A stretch of 64,000 nucleotides of DNA from Gammaproteobacteria bacterium (GCA_024234895.1 JACKNJ010000004.1:6791-70790), one strand, 5' to 3'. Shown: positions 21,510 through 32,213, counted from the stretch's first letter. Numbers and translations: made by a program. Notes: generated by a model from the letters alone, not told the origin.

Positions 21510-23643
21510 TCCGCTTGCCAACCTAGACCTCAGCCAACTCAGCAACCCGCAGTTTCTGCTGGCTCGCTTCCAGCAGATCATCAGCTCCGGCCTCGGCGCC
21601 CCGCTGGTGCTGCTGCTGATGCTCGCCATGGTGGTGCTGCCGCTGCCGGCCTTCATGCTGGACGCGCTGTTCACCTTCAACATCGCGCTCGCGCTGGTGA
21701 TCACGCTGGTCAGCGTCTACACCAAGCGCCCGCTCGATTTCGCCGCCTTCCCGACCATCCTGCTGCTGGTCACCCTGATGCGTCTGGCGCTGAACATCGC
21801 CTCCACGCGCGTGGTGCTGATCAACGGCCACGAGGGTGGCGCGGCCGCCGGCCACGTCATCGAGGCCTTCGGCGAATTCGTCATCGGCGGCAACTTCGCG
21901 GTCGGCCTGATCGTCTTCGCCATCCTCATGATCATCAACTTCGTGGTGGTCACGAAGGGCGCGACCCGCGTGTCGGAAGTCAGCGCCCGCTTCACCCTGG
22001 ACGCGATGCCCGGCAAGCAGATGGCGATCGACGCCGACCTTAACGCCGGGGTGATCGACCAGGACCAGGCCCGCAAGCGCCGCGAGGAGATCATCCAGGA
22101 AGCCGACTTCTACGGCGCGATGGACGGTGCCTCCAAATTCGTACGTGGCGACGCCGTCGCTGCGCTGATGATCCTGTTCATCAACCTGATCGGCGGGTTC
22201 GCGATCGGCATGACCCAGCACGGCCTCGACGCCGGCCAGGCCGCCGAGACCTATGCCCTGCTGACCATCGGCGACGGTCTTGTCGCGCAGATCCCCGGCC
22301 TGCTGCTGGCCACCGCCTCCGGCATCATCGTCACCCGCGTGTCCTCCGAGCAGGACATGTCCGAGGCGATGGGCGCGCAACTGTTCCAGCACCCGAAGGC
22401 CCTGTTCATCACCGCCGGCATCGTCGGCGTCATGGGCCTGATCCCGGGCATGCCGAACATCGCCTTCCTGAGCCTCGCCGCGCTGCTGGCGTGGCTGGGC
22501 AAGCGCATCGTCGACAAGGCCAACGCCCCGGAAGCCCCGGTCGAGGAACCGGCGGAAATGGCCGCCGATCCGCGCGCCGCCGAGCCGAAGGAACTGGGCT
22601 GGGACGACGTCAAGCCGGTGGACCGCGTGTCGCTGGAAGTCGGCTTCAACCTGATCCCGATGGTCGACAGCAAGCGCGGCGGCGAACTCCAATCCCGCAT
22701 CAAGGGCATCCGCAAGAAGCTCTCGCAGGATCTCGGCTTCCTGCTGCCGTCCGTGCACGTGCGGGACAACCTGCAACTGGCCGGCACCGGCTACCAGATC
22801 ATGATCAAGGGCGTGCTCGCCGGTATCGGCACCGTGATGCCGGACCGCGAACTCGCCATCAACCCCGGCCAGGCGGTCGGCAACCTGCAGGGCACCAAGG
22901 TCAAGGACCCGGTGTTCAACATGGACGCGACCTGGATCACCCCGGATCAGCGCCAGCAGGCGCACGCCTTCGGCTACACCGTGGTCGACGCCAGTACGGT
23001 CATCGCCACCCATCTGAACGACATCCTCGCCAGGCACGGCCACGAACTGCTCGGCCACGAGGAAGTGCAGAAGCTGCTCGACCGCGCCGCCGAGTACATG
23101 CCGAAGCTGGTCGAGGATCTGGTCCCCGACATGCTCTCGCGCCGCACCCTGGTCAAGGTGCTGCAGAACCTGCTGATCGACGGTGTGCCGATCCGCGACC
23201 TGCGCACGATCCTCGAAGCCCTCGCCGAGCGCGCCGAGCCGGGCATCGACTCCGACACACTCACGGCCGCCGTCCGCACCGCGCTGCGCCGCACCATCGT
23301 CGAGTCCCTCGCCGGCGGCGCCGACGAACTCAGCGTCGCCACGCTCGATCCGTCCCTGGAACAGCTGCTGGGCAACTCCGTCGCCGCCGGCGGCGCCGAG
23401 ATGCCGCTGGAGCCGGGCCTCGCCGAGCGCCTGCAAGCCGTGCTGCTGGAACTCAAGGCGAAGCGCGACATGGCCGGTGAAGCGGCGGTCCTGCTGGTTC
23501 CGCCGCCGCTCTGGAACTACTTGGCCCGATTCGTGCGAAGGGTTGTGCCAGGACTGAAAGTGATCTCCTTCGACGAGATTCCAGACGACCGCAACATCCG
23601 TATCGACAACATCGTGGGCTCGCAGCTGGTGAAGGCCGCCTGA
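21499..23643 (+). CDS. flhA: Flagellar export apparatus protein FlhA
   Basis: 714 aa. The start is chosen at MTRNPLANLD, overlapping the flhB stop by 11 nt. An N-terminal TM domain is followed by a large cytoplasmic domain conserved with FlhA. Confidence 0.92.
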   Translation: MTRNPLANLDLSQLSNPQFLLARFQQIISSGLGAPLVLLLMLAMVVLPLPAFMLDALFTFNIALALVITLVSVYTKRPLDFAAFPTILLLVTLMRLALNIASTRVVLINGHEGGAAAGHVIEAFGEFVIGGNFAVGLIVFAILMIINFVVVTKGATRVSEVSARFTLDAMPGKQMAIDADLNAGVIDQDQARKRREEIIQEADFYGAMDGASKFVRGDAVAALMILFINLIGGFAIGMTQHGLDAGQAAETYALLTIGDGLVAQIPGLLLATASGIIVTRVSSEQDMSEAMGAQLFQHPKALFITAGIVGVMGLIPGMPNIAFLSLAALLAWLGKRIVDKANAPEAPVEEPAEMAADPRAAEPKELGWDDVKPVDRVSLEVGFNLIPMVDSKRGGELQSRIKGIRKKLSQDLGFLLPSVHVRDNLQLAGTGYQIMIKGVLAGIGTVMPDRELAINPGQAVGNLQGTKVKDPVFNMDATWITPDQRQQAHAFGYTVVDASTVIATHLNDILARHGHELLGHEEVQKLLDRAAEYMPKLVEDLVPDMLSRRTLVKVLQNLLIDGVPIRDLRTILEALAERAEPGIDSDTLTAAVRTALRRTIVESLAGGADELSVATLDPSLEQLLGNSVAAGGAEMPLEPGLAERLQAVLLELKAKRDMAGEAAVLLVPPPLWNYLARFVRRVVPGLKVISFDEIPDDRNIRIDNIVGSQLVKAA

Positions 23644-23709
23644 CCGCCGCCTGCACCCTGACCACGAACCCACGAAGACCGAACAAACCCGGGCTTCCGG
23701 AGAAAACCC

Positions 23710-25107
23710 ATGAAAATCCGTCGCTTCAAAGGCAAGAACATCCGAGATGCCCTGCAGAAGGTGCGAGCCGAACTCGGCCCCGACGCGGTGATCCTGTCCA
23801 ACAACGCCACCGCCGACGGCGTCGACATACTCGCCGCGTCCGACACGGACTGGCCCGATGCCGTCGTTAAAAATGACACCCTGGGCGTCAATTCCGACGA
23901 CAACCTCGCCGATCTGCTGGACGCCGCTCCGCAGGCCGCCCCGTCCGCCGGCAACGCCGCCAACCCGTTCGCTGCCTACCAGGCCCAGGCCAACGCCGGT
24001 CGCAAGTCCGCCTCCCCGGAGCCGGACGCCCCGCGCGACCAGGCCACCCGCCTGCGTGAACGCGCCAATGAAATGTTCGGTCGGGGCTTCCAGGACCCGC
24101 ACAACCGCGCGCCCAACGCCCCGAAGACGGGCGGCATCCCGCTGAACAGGGTCGCCAGTGCCGACCGCCCCGCCGGTGACGACGACGACCTGCGCCAGGA
24201 ACTCCGCTCCCTGCGTTCGCTGGTCGAACGTCAGCTCGGTGGCCTGGCCTGGGGTGAACTCGGCCGCAACCAGCCGCACCGCGCCGAACTGCTGCAGAAG
24301 CTGCACGACTTCGGCCTGCGCCCGCAGGTCTGCGAGGCGCTCGCCGACAGCACCCACGGCGAGACCTTCAAGGACGCCTGGAAAGAGGCGATGGCCCACT
24401 TGATCCAGAAGCTGCCGACCGCGCGCACCAACGTGCTGGAACACGGCGGTGTGATCGGCCTGGTCGGCCCGACCGGTGTCGGCAAGACCACCACCGTGGC
24501 CAAGCTGGCCGGCCAGTTCACGCTGCGCCACGGCCCCGGCTCGGTCGCGCTGATCACCGCCGACGGCCACCGCATCGGCACCCAGGAACAGCTGCGCGCC
24601 TTCGGTCGCATCCTCGACATCCCGGTCGCCTACGCGGCCGATCACAACGAGCTGCGCGAGTACCTGAAGCGCTTCGCCAACTACAAGCTGGTGATCGTCG
24701 ACAGCAGCGGCATCAGCCACCGCGATCCCCGTCTCGCCGCGCACATGGGCCTCTTCCACGACCTTGGCAGGGAGATCGAGACCTATCTGGTGATGGCCGC
24801 CAACACCCAGCCGAAGAGCCTGGAACAGGCCGCCAACGCCTTCGCCCGCTACGGCGTCGCCGGCGCGATCGTCACCAAGATCGACGAAGCCGACTCGCTC
24901 GGCGGCGTGATCGGCGCGCTGGCCCAGGCACAGATGCCGCTCGCCTTCACCACCAACGGTCAGGAAGTCCCGGACGACCTCGCGATCGGCAACCCGGTCG
25001 AACTGGTGCGCCACGGCATCACGCTGCTGCGCGAAACCCCGGAGCCGGAAGGCCACGAGCGCCACGGCCTCGCCTTCGGCCCGCTGGCCGCCGCGCGCTA
25101 CGCCTGA
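23710..25107 (+). CDS. flhF: Flagellar biosynthesis GTPase FlhF (SRP-type)
   Basis: 465 aa with a C-terminal SRP-like GTPase (GLVGPTGVGKTTTVAKLA … DTAGR-like motifs). A GGAGAA ribosome-binding site precedes the start. Confidence 0.9.
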   Translation: MKIRRFKGKNIRDALQKVRAELGPDAVILSNNATADGVDILAASDTDWPDAVVKNDTLGVNSDDNLADLLDAAPQAAPSAGNAANPFAAYQAQANAGRKSASPEPDAPRDQATRLRERANEMFGRGFQDPHNRAPNAPKTGGIPLNRVASADRPAGDDDDLRQELRSLRSLVERQLGGLAWGELGRNQPHRAELLQKLHDFGLRPQVCEALADSTHGETFKDAWKEAMAHLIQKLPTARTNVLEHGGVIGLVGPTGVGKTTTVAKLAGQFTLRHGPGSVALITADGHRIGTQEQLRAFGRILDIPVAYAADHNELREYLKRFANYKLVIVDSSGISHRDPRLAAHMGLFHDLGREIETYLVMAANTQPKSLEQAANAFARYGVAGAIVTKIDEADSLGGVIGALAQAQMPLAFTTNGQEVPDDLAIGNPVELVRHGITLLRETPEPEGHERHGLAFGPLAAARYA

Positions 25108-25165
25108 GGCCCAGCCCTGAGCCAACCGTCAACGAATACAACGGAACACCAACAGGACCATCACC

Positions 25166-26101
25166 ATGTCCAATCCATCCAGAACCGACGCCCTCCTCCA
25201 CGGCGGCATCCCGGTCATCGCGGTCGCCAGCGGCAAGGGCGGCGTCGGCAAGACGAGCGTGTCGACCAACCTCGGCGCGGCGCTGGCCGCGCGCGGCCTG
25301 CGCACCATGCTGCTCGACGCCGACCTCGGCCTCGCCAACGTCGACGTCATGCTTGGCCTGAACGCCGGCAAGAACCTCGCCCACGTGGTGCGCGGCGAGG
25401 CCGATCTCAAGGACATCGTGCTGACTGGCCCGAGCGGCCTGATGATCGCGCCCGGCGCTTCCGGCGTTAAGCGCATGACCGAGCTGACCGCCGCCGAACA
25501 CGCCGGCGTGATCGGCGCCTTCGAGGACCTCGCGGACGAGATCGACGTGATGATCGTCGACACCGGTGCTGGAATTTCTGACAACGTCATCGTGTACGCC
25601 CGCGCCGCCCAGGAAGTGGTTGTCGTGGTCGTTGACGAACCCGCCTCCATCACCGACGCCTACGCGCTGATCAAGGTCCTGCACCGCGATTACGACGTGA
25701 ACAACTTCCGCATCCTCGCCAACCGCGTGCAGGACGCCGAACACGGCCAGCGGCTGTATACCCAGCTGCTCACCGTCATCGAGCGTTTTCTGTCGTTAAC
25801 CCCTGAATACATGGGATTTGTTCCCGAGGACGCCTACCTGAAAAAGGCCATCCGCCAGCAGCGCCTGGTGGTCGACGCCTACCCGCTGAGCAAGTCCGCG
25901 CGAGCCTTCAAAGGCCTTGGCGAGGCCGTCACCAAGTGGCGTCGCCCGGTTGGCCCGAGCGGCTATCTGGAGTTCTTCGTGGAGCATCACGCCCGCGCCA
26001 GCAGCGGCGCGAGCGCCACCAACACCCCCGTCAAATCCTCGGCGACAAAACCTGGCATCGATGTTGCTCATACCCATATGTCGGCAGCGACCGTCAACTA
26101 A
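25166..26101 (+). CDS. fleN: Flagellar number regulator FleN/FlhG (MinD-like ATPase)
   Basis: Deviant Walker A motif AVASGKGGVGKTSVSTNLG near the N-terminus. Sits between flhF and fliA. Confidence 0.9.
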   Translation: MSNPSRTDALLHGGIPVIAVASGKGGVGKTSVSTNLGAALAARGLRTMLLDADLGLANVDVMLGLNAGKNLAHVVRGEADLKDIVLTGPSGLMIAPGASGVKRMTELTAAEHAGVIGAFEDLADEIDVMIVDTGAGISDNVIVYARAAQEVVVVVVDEPASITDAYALIKVLHRDYDVNNFRILANRVQDAEHGQRLYTQLLTVIERFLSLTPEYMGFVPEDAYLKKAIRQQRLVVDAYPLSKSARAFKGLGEAVTKWRRPVGPSGYLEFFVEHHARASSGASATNTPVKSSATKPGIDVAHTHMSAATVN

Positions 26102-26124
26102 TCCGACATCAGGGGACATCAACA

Positions 26125-26889
26125 ATGAACGCAGTCAAGAACTATCTCGACGTGAAACAGGGCACGACCGAACAGCTGGTTCTGGGTCACCAGAAGCTGG
26201 TTCAGCAGATTGCTCATCACCTGCACGCCCGCCTGCCGGCCTCCGTTCAGGTCGATGACCTGATCCAGTCCGGCATGGAGGCGCTGCTCGAAGCGGCCGC
26301 CAACTACGATTCCGCCACCGGCGTGCCGTTCGAGGCCTATGCCCGCCTGCGCGTCCGCGGTTCCATGATCGACGAACTGCGCCGTGGCAACTGGGCTCCC
26401 CGCTCCATCCATGCCAAGTCCCGCGCCATCGCCGAAGCCGTCTCCCGCCTTCAGGCCGAAGGCGACGACGCCAACGACGACCGCCGCGTCGCCGAGGAAG
26501 CGGGCCTGAGCCTGAACGAGTATTACCGCGTGGTCAGCGACGCCACCTCCACGCAGGTCCTCTCGCTCGACGAAATGCCGTTCGAGAGCAAGGACAGCCT
26601 GCCGGACGACGACCTCGCCGAACCCAGCCAGGCCACCGAAAAGGAGCAACTGGTGCGGATGCTGGCCGGCCTGATTCCGCGTCTGCCGGAGCGCGAGCGC
26701 CTGGTCATCACCCTCTACTACCACGAGGAACTGAACCAGCGCGAAATCGCCGAGGTGCTCGGCGTCACCGAGTCCCGCGTCAGCCAGATCCACGGCCAGG
26801 CGCTGCTGAAGATGCGCGGCATGATGAAGGGCGACGAGATGCGCCATTCCCGCCAGGCCCGCCTGATTCACGCCGTCGCCCACGCCTGA
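26125..26889 (+). CDS. fliA: RNA polymerase sigma factor FliA (sigma-28)
   Basis: 254 aa beginning MNAVKNYL, with sigma-70 region 2, 3 and 4 motifs (…LVITLYYHEELNQREIAEVLGVTESRVSQIHGQAL…). An AGGGGA ribosome-binding site precedes it. The ORF-track start at 25936 overlaps fleN and is rejected. Confidence 0.92.
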   Translation: MNAVKNYLDVKQGTTEQLVLGHQKLVQQIAHHLHARLPASVQVDDLIQSGMEALLEAAANYDSATGVPFEAYARLRVRGSMIDELRRGNWAPRSIHAKSRAIAEAVSRLQAEGDDANDDRRVAEEAGLSLNEYYRVVSDATSTQVLSLDEMPFESKDSLPDDDLAEPSQATEKEQLVRMLAGLIPRLPERERLVITLYYHEELNQREIAEVLGVTESRVSQIHGQALLKMRGMMKGDEMRHSRQARLIHAVAHA

Positions 26890-26921
26890 GATCGGCAGGC
26901 CGACAGCCGACGATCACCGCC

Positions 26922-27329
26922 ATGGTCAACATTTCCGACAACCTCTGGTTCTGGGTACTGGGCCTCAGCCTGGCACTCGGTCACCTGCTCGCGTTCAGCA
27001 CCGGCTGGCGCTGGCAGCAATACCGCGCCGCGCGCGACGCCCGCCCCAGCGTCGCGCCCGAAGCACTGAAAGCCCAGATCGAGCAGATCGACGCCGCCCT
27101 GCACGGCATCGACACCTCACTTAACGTCGTCGACCGCAGCATGGCCCACTACCGCGACGCCGAAAAACTCGGTGCCCTGCGCCCCGAACAGCAACTCCAC
27201 GATCAGGCCATCCGCATCGCCGAACACCTCGCCGAAATCGGCCTGACCAAGGATCAGATCGTGCGCACCACCGGCATCACCCCCGGTGAAGCCACCATGA
27301 TCCACCGCCTGCACACCCCGGCCGCCTGA
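26922..27329 (+). CDS. Hypothetical membrane-anchored protein
   Basis: 135 aa with an N-terminal TM helix and a helical remainder. GC-rich third codon positions are consistent with coding. No family is recognised. Confidence 0.5.
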   Translation: MVNISDNLWFWVLGLSLALGHLLAFSTGWRWQQYRAARDARPSVAPEALKAQIEQIDAALHGIDTSLNVVDRSMAHYRDAEKLGALRPEQQLHDQAIRIAEHLAEIGLTKDQIVRTTGITPGEATMIHRLHTPAA

Positions 27330-27437
27330 AACCCCATCACCCCGTTGCCATGCATTGGCCGGGGCGCGATCACAGCGCATCGATAACCCGGCGGTCTCGC
27401 AGGACGTCGAGATCCGATTCGCGCCAGTCGCGCCGGG

Positions 27438-27482
27438 CACCACTCATCTGGCACCACTCATCTGGCGCCACTCACCGGGCCC
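27438..27482. repeat. Short tandem repeat of about 14 bp, in three copies
   Basis: caccactcatctgg caccactcatctgg cgccactcaccggg, in a convergent intergenic region. Confidence 0.7.
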
Positions 27483-27505
27483 CCGTCACTGTCCGCGACT
27501 CGATA

Positions 27506-27811
27506 TCAGGCGCCGTCCTTACCGGCCCGTTCCATTGCCGCCCGCTCGGCGCGCTCCACTTCCTCCGGTCGGTAGCGGAGTTCGATGAAGCGCCAGTGCG
27601 GGGCGTCAACGAACTCGACATCCACCGACCCCTCCGCCGCGCAGCGGGCCATCAGTTTGTCGAGGAACTCGATGGCCTCGGTATCGGGGATCGTCCCGGT
27701 CAACTGCTCCGACTTGCGCAGAAATTCCGCGTCATCGGCGGCGCTCACCACCCGGTAGCGCTCGGGGAAGCTGTTGTCTTTGCGGTCATGGGTGAACAGA
27801 TATCTGGCCAT
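27506..27811 (-). CDS. Hypothetical protein
   Basis: 101 aa ORF with balanced composition that is not an antisense artefact. Sits downstream of pgl on the same strand. No family is recognised. Confidence 0.5.
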   Translation of the reverse strand: MARYLFTHDRKDNSFPERYRVVSAADDAEFLRKSEQLTGTIPDTEAIEFLDKLMARCAAEGSVDVEFVDAPHWRFIELRYRPEEVERAERAAMERAGKDGA

Positions 27812-27922
27812 CGGTTTGCGCCTCTCCAGTCAGTTTTCGGTGTCGGCGCCCAACCGTGACGGTGGCGCCGGTCGCGAGATCATCCGTGAAGCGGCGCGCG
27901 TAATCGGCGGCAATCGGAAAGG

Positions 27923-28603
27923 TTATCCACCCGCGCCCGCATCGCCTGCCGCATCCCGGTCCATGAACACCGCCGCACCCGGCGAACACACCCGCGCGAT
28001 CGGCAATGGTTCACCGGCCCGCCAGCGCGACACGGCCTCCGCCTTGCCCGCACCGGTGACCTGGACCACGCGTTCGCGCGCCGCGAGCAGGGTCGACAGC
28101 CCCAGACTGACCCGTTCCGGCGGGGGTTTCGGGGACTCGCGCACACCGACGACGACGGCATCCGGGTCCAGGTCGTGGCCGGGGAACAGGCTCGCGGTGT
28201 GACCGTCCGGCCCCATGCCCAGATAAGCCATGTCCAGCGGCAGGAACGGCGCGATCATCCGCGCGTAGAGGCGGGCGCCGCCGTCCGGACCGAGTTCGGT
28301 CGGCATCGACAGGTGCGCGGCGGCGCGATTCGCGAGGCCCGCCCGCACCACGGCCACGTCGTTGCGCAGCGTGTTGCCCACCGGCACGCAGCGGTCATCG
28401 GCGTAGAGCAGCACCCATTTCGACAGGTCGATCGTCTGGTCGGCGGCGAGTCTGTCGTAGACCGCCTGCGGCGTGCCGCCGCCGGACAGGGCGATCACGA
28501 AGCGGCCCCGCGCGCGAATGGCGGCCCCGGCTTTCGCCAGCAGCTCGGCCAAAACCGCGTCGGCGACCTCGTCGGGGGTGTCGTGGATGTGCCAGTCGAT
28601 CAT
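27923..28603 (-). CDS. pgl: 6-phosphogluconolactonase
   Basis: 227 aa from MIDWHIHDTP, with …VIALSGGGTPQAVY… and …LGMGPDGHTASLFPGH… motifs typical of Pgl. No zwf is adjacent. Confidence 0.85.
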   Translation of the reverse strand: MIDWHIHDTPDEVADAVLAELLAKAGAAIRARGRFVIALSGGGTPQAVYDRLAADQTIDLSKWVLLYADDRCVPVGNTLRNDVAVVRAGLANRAAAHLSMPTELGPDGGARLYARMIAPFLPLDMAYLGMGPDGHTASLFPGHDLDPDAVVVGVRESPKPPPERVSLGLSTLLAARERVVQVTGAGKAEAVSRWRAGEPLPIARVCSPGAAVFMDRDAAGDAGAGG

Positions 28604-28759
28604 TCGGCTTTGCTCCGGAAGTATGGCGTTGCCAGCATGGCGACCCGCAGCGGCTGATTCATTCGCGTTCGATGCCGTTCGCCGCGCCCGCCATATCCCG
28701 GCGGACACGCCGCGCCTGGAAGTCCACGCTCCCGCATGGGCAACGCGGGGCTGGCAGTC

Positions 28760-30118
28760 CTATTCGAACTCCATCGCCCGGAAGACCTTCTCCGCGTTCA
28801 AACGCGCGAGTTCCCGGTACGTATGCAGATATCTGTACTGCGACTGATCGATGCCATAGGCGGCCTGCAGGTCGCCGCCGTTTTCCAGGACCTTGGCGAT
28901 CTCGCCACGCAGATAGCGCAGGTAGCCGACCGTATCGCGGGTCACGGTCGCCATGTCGGTGGGATCGCCATGACCGGGGATGACGACCTCGGGCTCATAG
29001 GATTCGAACACCGCCCAGGTCTCCAGCCAGGCGGCGGTATCGGTGTGCTCGAACACCGGCAGCATGCGCTGATGGAAGGCGACGTCGCCGGCGATCATGA
29101 CCTTCTGCTTCGGCAGCCAGACGGAGATGTCGCCGGGGCTGTGCGCCGGTCCCATGCGGCGGATCTCGAAACGCGTGCCGCCCATCTCGATGATCTTCTC
29201 GTCGGTGAAGGTCTCGTCCGGCTTGGCCAGCACGGTGTTCATGGACTTGTCGCGCAGGCGGCCACGCATGTTGTCGATCACGGTCGCGCCGTGCTTCTCG
29301 ATTTCATGCAGCGCATCGACGTGCGCGATGACCCGCGCGCCCTGCTTCTGCCAGTAGTCGGTGCCGAGCATGGCGTGGCCCTGACCGTTCTCGAGCACCA
29401 CCCAGCGCACCGGCTGATCGGTGCGTTTGCGAATCTCGTTGTGCAGCGCCTCCGCGAGCAGGTAGTTGTCGCCCGCGTTCATGACCAGCACGCCTTCCCC
29501 GGTGATCACGAAGGACAGGTTGTTGTTGTGGCCGGAGTTCTCGTAGGTGCGCGGCTGGGTGGCGCCGATCGCGGACCAGACCCCCGGCACGACCTCGACC
29601 GGTGTGCTGTAGAGGAAGGAATCCGGGGCACGATCGAAGCTGTACACCGGCATGCCGGCATCGCGCCAGACGAAGAAGCCGTCCGGATAATTGCGGACAT
29701 TGGTGTACCCCATCGCCTTCAGGGTCAGCGCCGCCAGCGGGCTGCGTTCGTTCCGGCCGCAGTAGACGACGATCGGCGTGTCCTTGTCCGGCACCGTCGT
29801 CGGCATGCGGAATTCCAGCCAGCCGCGCGGGATGTTGAACGTGTTCGGGCTGTCGATCATGCCGCCGAGCCGGGCCAGCTCGTCATGGCTGCGGACATCG
29901 ATGACCACCGTCTCCGGCTGCTTGGCGAGCAGCGCCTGCAGATCGAACGTGGCGATGTCCGGAATCGTCCTTCCCGCCTCGGCAAGCAGCGTTTCGGCCG
30001 CAAGCGGGGGCGGATCGGCCAGCGGGGCCAGCGGTGCGAAGCCGATGATCGCCGTGCCGAGCAACGCCGATGCAATACCCGCACGAGCGGGCCGGACAGT
30101 GTGATTGCGTGATGTCAT
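28760..30118 (-). CDS. Secreted two-domain protein: N-terminal rhodanese (active-site Cys) fused to a metallo-beta-lactamase-fold domain
   Basis: Start at MTSRNHT followed by a signal-peptide-like hydrophobic stretch. Rhodanese CGRNERS loop (…IVVYCGRNERSPLAALTLKAMGYTNV…). C-terminal MBL-fold motifs (…IPGHGDP…). Confidence 0.7.
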   Translation of the reverse strand: MTSRNHTVRPARAGIASALLGTAIIGFAPLAPLADPPPLAAETLLAEAGRTIPDIATFDLQALLAKQPETVVIDVRSHDELARLGGMIDSPNTFNIPRGWLEFRMPTTVPDKDTPIVVYCGRNERSPLAALTLKAMGYTNVRNYPDGFFVWRDAGMPVYSFDRAPDSFLYSTPVEVVPGVWSAIGATQPRTYENSGHNNNLSFVITGEGVLVMNAGDNYLLAEALHNEIRKRTDQPVRWVVLENGQGHAMLGTDYWQKQGARVIAHVDALHEIEKHGATVIDNMRGRLRDKSMNTVLAKPDETFTDEKIIEMGGTRFEIRRMGPAHSPGDISVWLPKQKVMIAGDVAFHQRMLPVFEHTDTAAWLETWAVFESYEPEVVIPGHGDPTDMATVTRDTVGYLRYLRGEIAKVLENGGDLQAAYGIDQSQYRYLHTYRELARLNAEKVFRAMEFE

Positions 30119-30197
30119 GTCGCGATTTCCTTGAGCGTTTTCGACCGGCCCCCGCCCGCCACAAATCTCCCGTCCGCCATGCACGGGGGGCCAAAGC

Positions 30198-32213
30198 CTA
30201 GTCCAGATGGCAGGCCACCAGGCGACCGTCGGCGAGACGCTTCGCCTCAGGATAGCTTTGCCGGCAGACCGCCATCGCCCGGGGGCAACGGGGATGAAAG
30301 TGACAACCGTCCGGCGGGGCGCTGGGCGATGGCATGTCGCCGTGCAGGCGGATGATCTCGCGGCCATCGTCCTCGATGCCGGGCACCGCCGACAGCAGGG
30401 CCTGCGTGTACGGATGCGCGGGGGCGTTCAGCACGATCTCCACCGGACCCTGCTCGACCACGCGACCCAGGTACATGACCACCACGTCATGCGCCAGATA
30501 GGACACCACGCCGATGTTGTGGGTGATGAACAGATAGGCGAGGTTCAGGTCGGCCTGGAGCTGACGCAGCAGATTCAGGATCTGCGCCTGCACGGACACG
30601 TCCAGCGCGCTGGTCGGCTCGTCGCAGACGATCAGGCCGGGCTTGAGCGCGAGGGCGCGGGCAATGCTGACGCGCTGGCGCTGGCCGCCGGAGAATTCGT
30701 GCGGATAGCGGCTGGCGGCGTCCTCGGGCAGGCCGACCTGGCGCAGCAGTTCCGCGACGCGGGCGTTCGTGTCGCCCTTCTCGCCCTGCACGACCAGGCC
30801 CTCGGCGACGATGTCGCCGACGCGCATGCGCGGGTTCATCGATGAATACGGGTCCTGGAAGATGATCTGGAAATCGCGGCGACGCCTGCGCAAGGCGCGT
30901 TCGCTCAGCCGGGTGAGTTCCTCGCCCCGGAATTCGACCGAGCCGGCGGTCGGGCGCAGCAGTTGCAGGATGGCCTTGGCGGCGGTGGTCTTGCCGCAGC
31001 CGGATTCGCCGACCACGGCGACGGTGCGACCGGCGGACAGGTCCAGGTCCAGGCCATCGACGGCGCGGACCTGCCCGACCGTGCGCTGCAACAAGCCCTT
31101 GCGGATCGGGAAGTGCACCTTGAGGTCGCGGACCTTCAGCAGCGGCTCGCTCGGCTTGACGACCCGCGCCTCGCGCCGGATGCCCGCGCGCTCGGCCTGC
31201 TCGGCGGCGCCCCAGTAGAGACAGCGCACGCCGTGGGCCGGCTCCGGTCGCGCGATCGGCACCGGCTCGGCGCGGCAGTCCTCCTGCACGAAATCGCAGC
31301 GATCGGCGAAGCGGCAGCCGCCGAATTCCTGGCGCAGCGATGGCACCGAACCGCGGATCACGGCCAGCGGCGCGTCGCGGTGCGCGCCGTCCGGGAGCGA
31401 TTCGAACAGCTTGCGGCTGTACGGGTGCAGCGGGCGCTCGAAGAACCTTTCCCGGGTGGCGCGCTCGACGATCTGCCCGGCGTACATCACCGCGACCTCA
31501 TCTGCCATCTGCGCGACCACGCCGAGATCGTGGGTGATCAGCAGGATCGCCATGCCGCGTTCCTGCTGGAGTCCGCGCAGCAGACCGAGCACCTCGGCCT
31601 GGATGGTGACATCCAGCGCCGTGGTCGGCTCGTCGGCGATCAGCAGGTCCGGCTCGCCGGCCAGGGCCATCGCGATCATCACGCGCTGCTTCATGCCGCC
31701 GGAAAGCTGGTGCGGGTACTCGTCGGCACGTCTGGCCGGATCGGGGATGCCGACCTGATCGAGCAGCTCGATGACGCGCGCCCGCGCCGCCGCGCCGCGC
31801 AGCGCGGTGTGGCGCACGACGCTCTCGCCGATCTGCTTGCCGATGGTCATGACCGGATTCAGCGAGGTCATCGGCTCCTGGAAGATCATGCCGATGCGTC
31901 CGCCGCGCAGCTTGCGCATCGCGGATTCGGGCAGGCGCAGCAGGTCCTCGTCATCCAGGATGATCGAGCCGGACACGATGCGCCCGGCCGGTTCCGGCAC
32001 CAGTCGCATGATCGACAGCGCGGTCATGGACTTGCCGCAGCCGGATTCGCCGAGCAGCGCGAACGTCTCGCCCCGGCGGAGATTGAAATCGACGCCGTCG
32101 ACGGCGCGCGCGGTCCTGTCGCCCCGTCCGAACCAGGTGTGCAGGTCGCGGACACGGAGCAGGACCGGGTCGGATTCAGGGGCGGGCGGGGTGAATTGGG
32201 CTTGGGCAGGCAT
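30198..32213 (-). CDS. ABC transporter ATP-binding protein with two fused ATPase domains (oligopeptide/dipeptide family, YejF/GsiA-like). No cognate permease or binding protein is nearby.
   Basis: Two Walker A sites ([11 protein letters not shown] and [11 protein letters not shown]) and two LSGGQ signatures (LSGGMKQR and FSGGQRQR). Confidence 0.85.
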   Translation of the reverse strand: MPAQAQFTPPAPESDPVLLRVRDLHTWFGRGDRTARAVDGVDFNLRRGETFALLGESGCGKSMTALSIMRLVPEPAGRIVSGSIILDDEDLLRLPESAMRKLRGGRIGMIFQEPMTSLNPVMTIGKQIGESVVRHTALRGAAARARVIELLDQVGIPDPARRADEYPHQLSGGMKQRVMIAMALAGEPDLLIADEPTTALDVTIQAEVLGLLRGLQQERGMAILLITHDLGVVAQMADEVAVMYAGQIVERATRERFFERPLHPYSRKLFESLPDGAHRDAPLAVIRGSVPSLRQEFGGCRFADRCDFVQEDCRAEPVPIARPEPAHGVRCLYWGAAEQAERAGIRREARVVKPSEPLLKVRDLKVHFPIRKGLLQRTVGQVRAVDGLDLDLSAGRTVAVVGESGCGKTTAAKAILQLLRPTAGSVEFRGEELTRLSERALRRRRRDFQIIFQDPYSSMNPRMRVGDIVAEGLVVQGEKGDTNARVAELLRQVGLPEDAASRYPHEFSGGQRQRVSIARALALKPGLIVCDEPTSALDVSVQAQILNLLRQLQADLNLAYLFITHNIGVVSYLAHDVVVMYLGRVVEQGPVEIVLNAPAHPYTQALLSAVPGIEDDGREIIRLHGDMPSPSAPPDGCHFHPRCPRAMAVCRQSYPEAKRLADGRLVACHLD

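Noticed and set aside
21523-25125. A 1200-aa stop-free ORF on the minus strand, antisense to flhA and flhF
   Set aside because: The sense strand encodes unmistakable FlhA and FlhF. The antisense product is low-complexity, rich in Arg, Ala, Gly, Asp and His, and has no domains. Long open antisense frames are expected in a 68% GC genome because stop codons are AT-rich.
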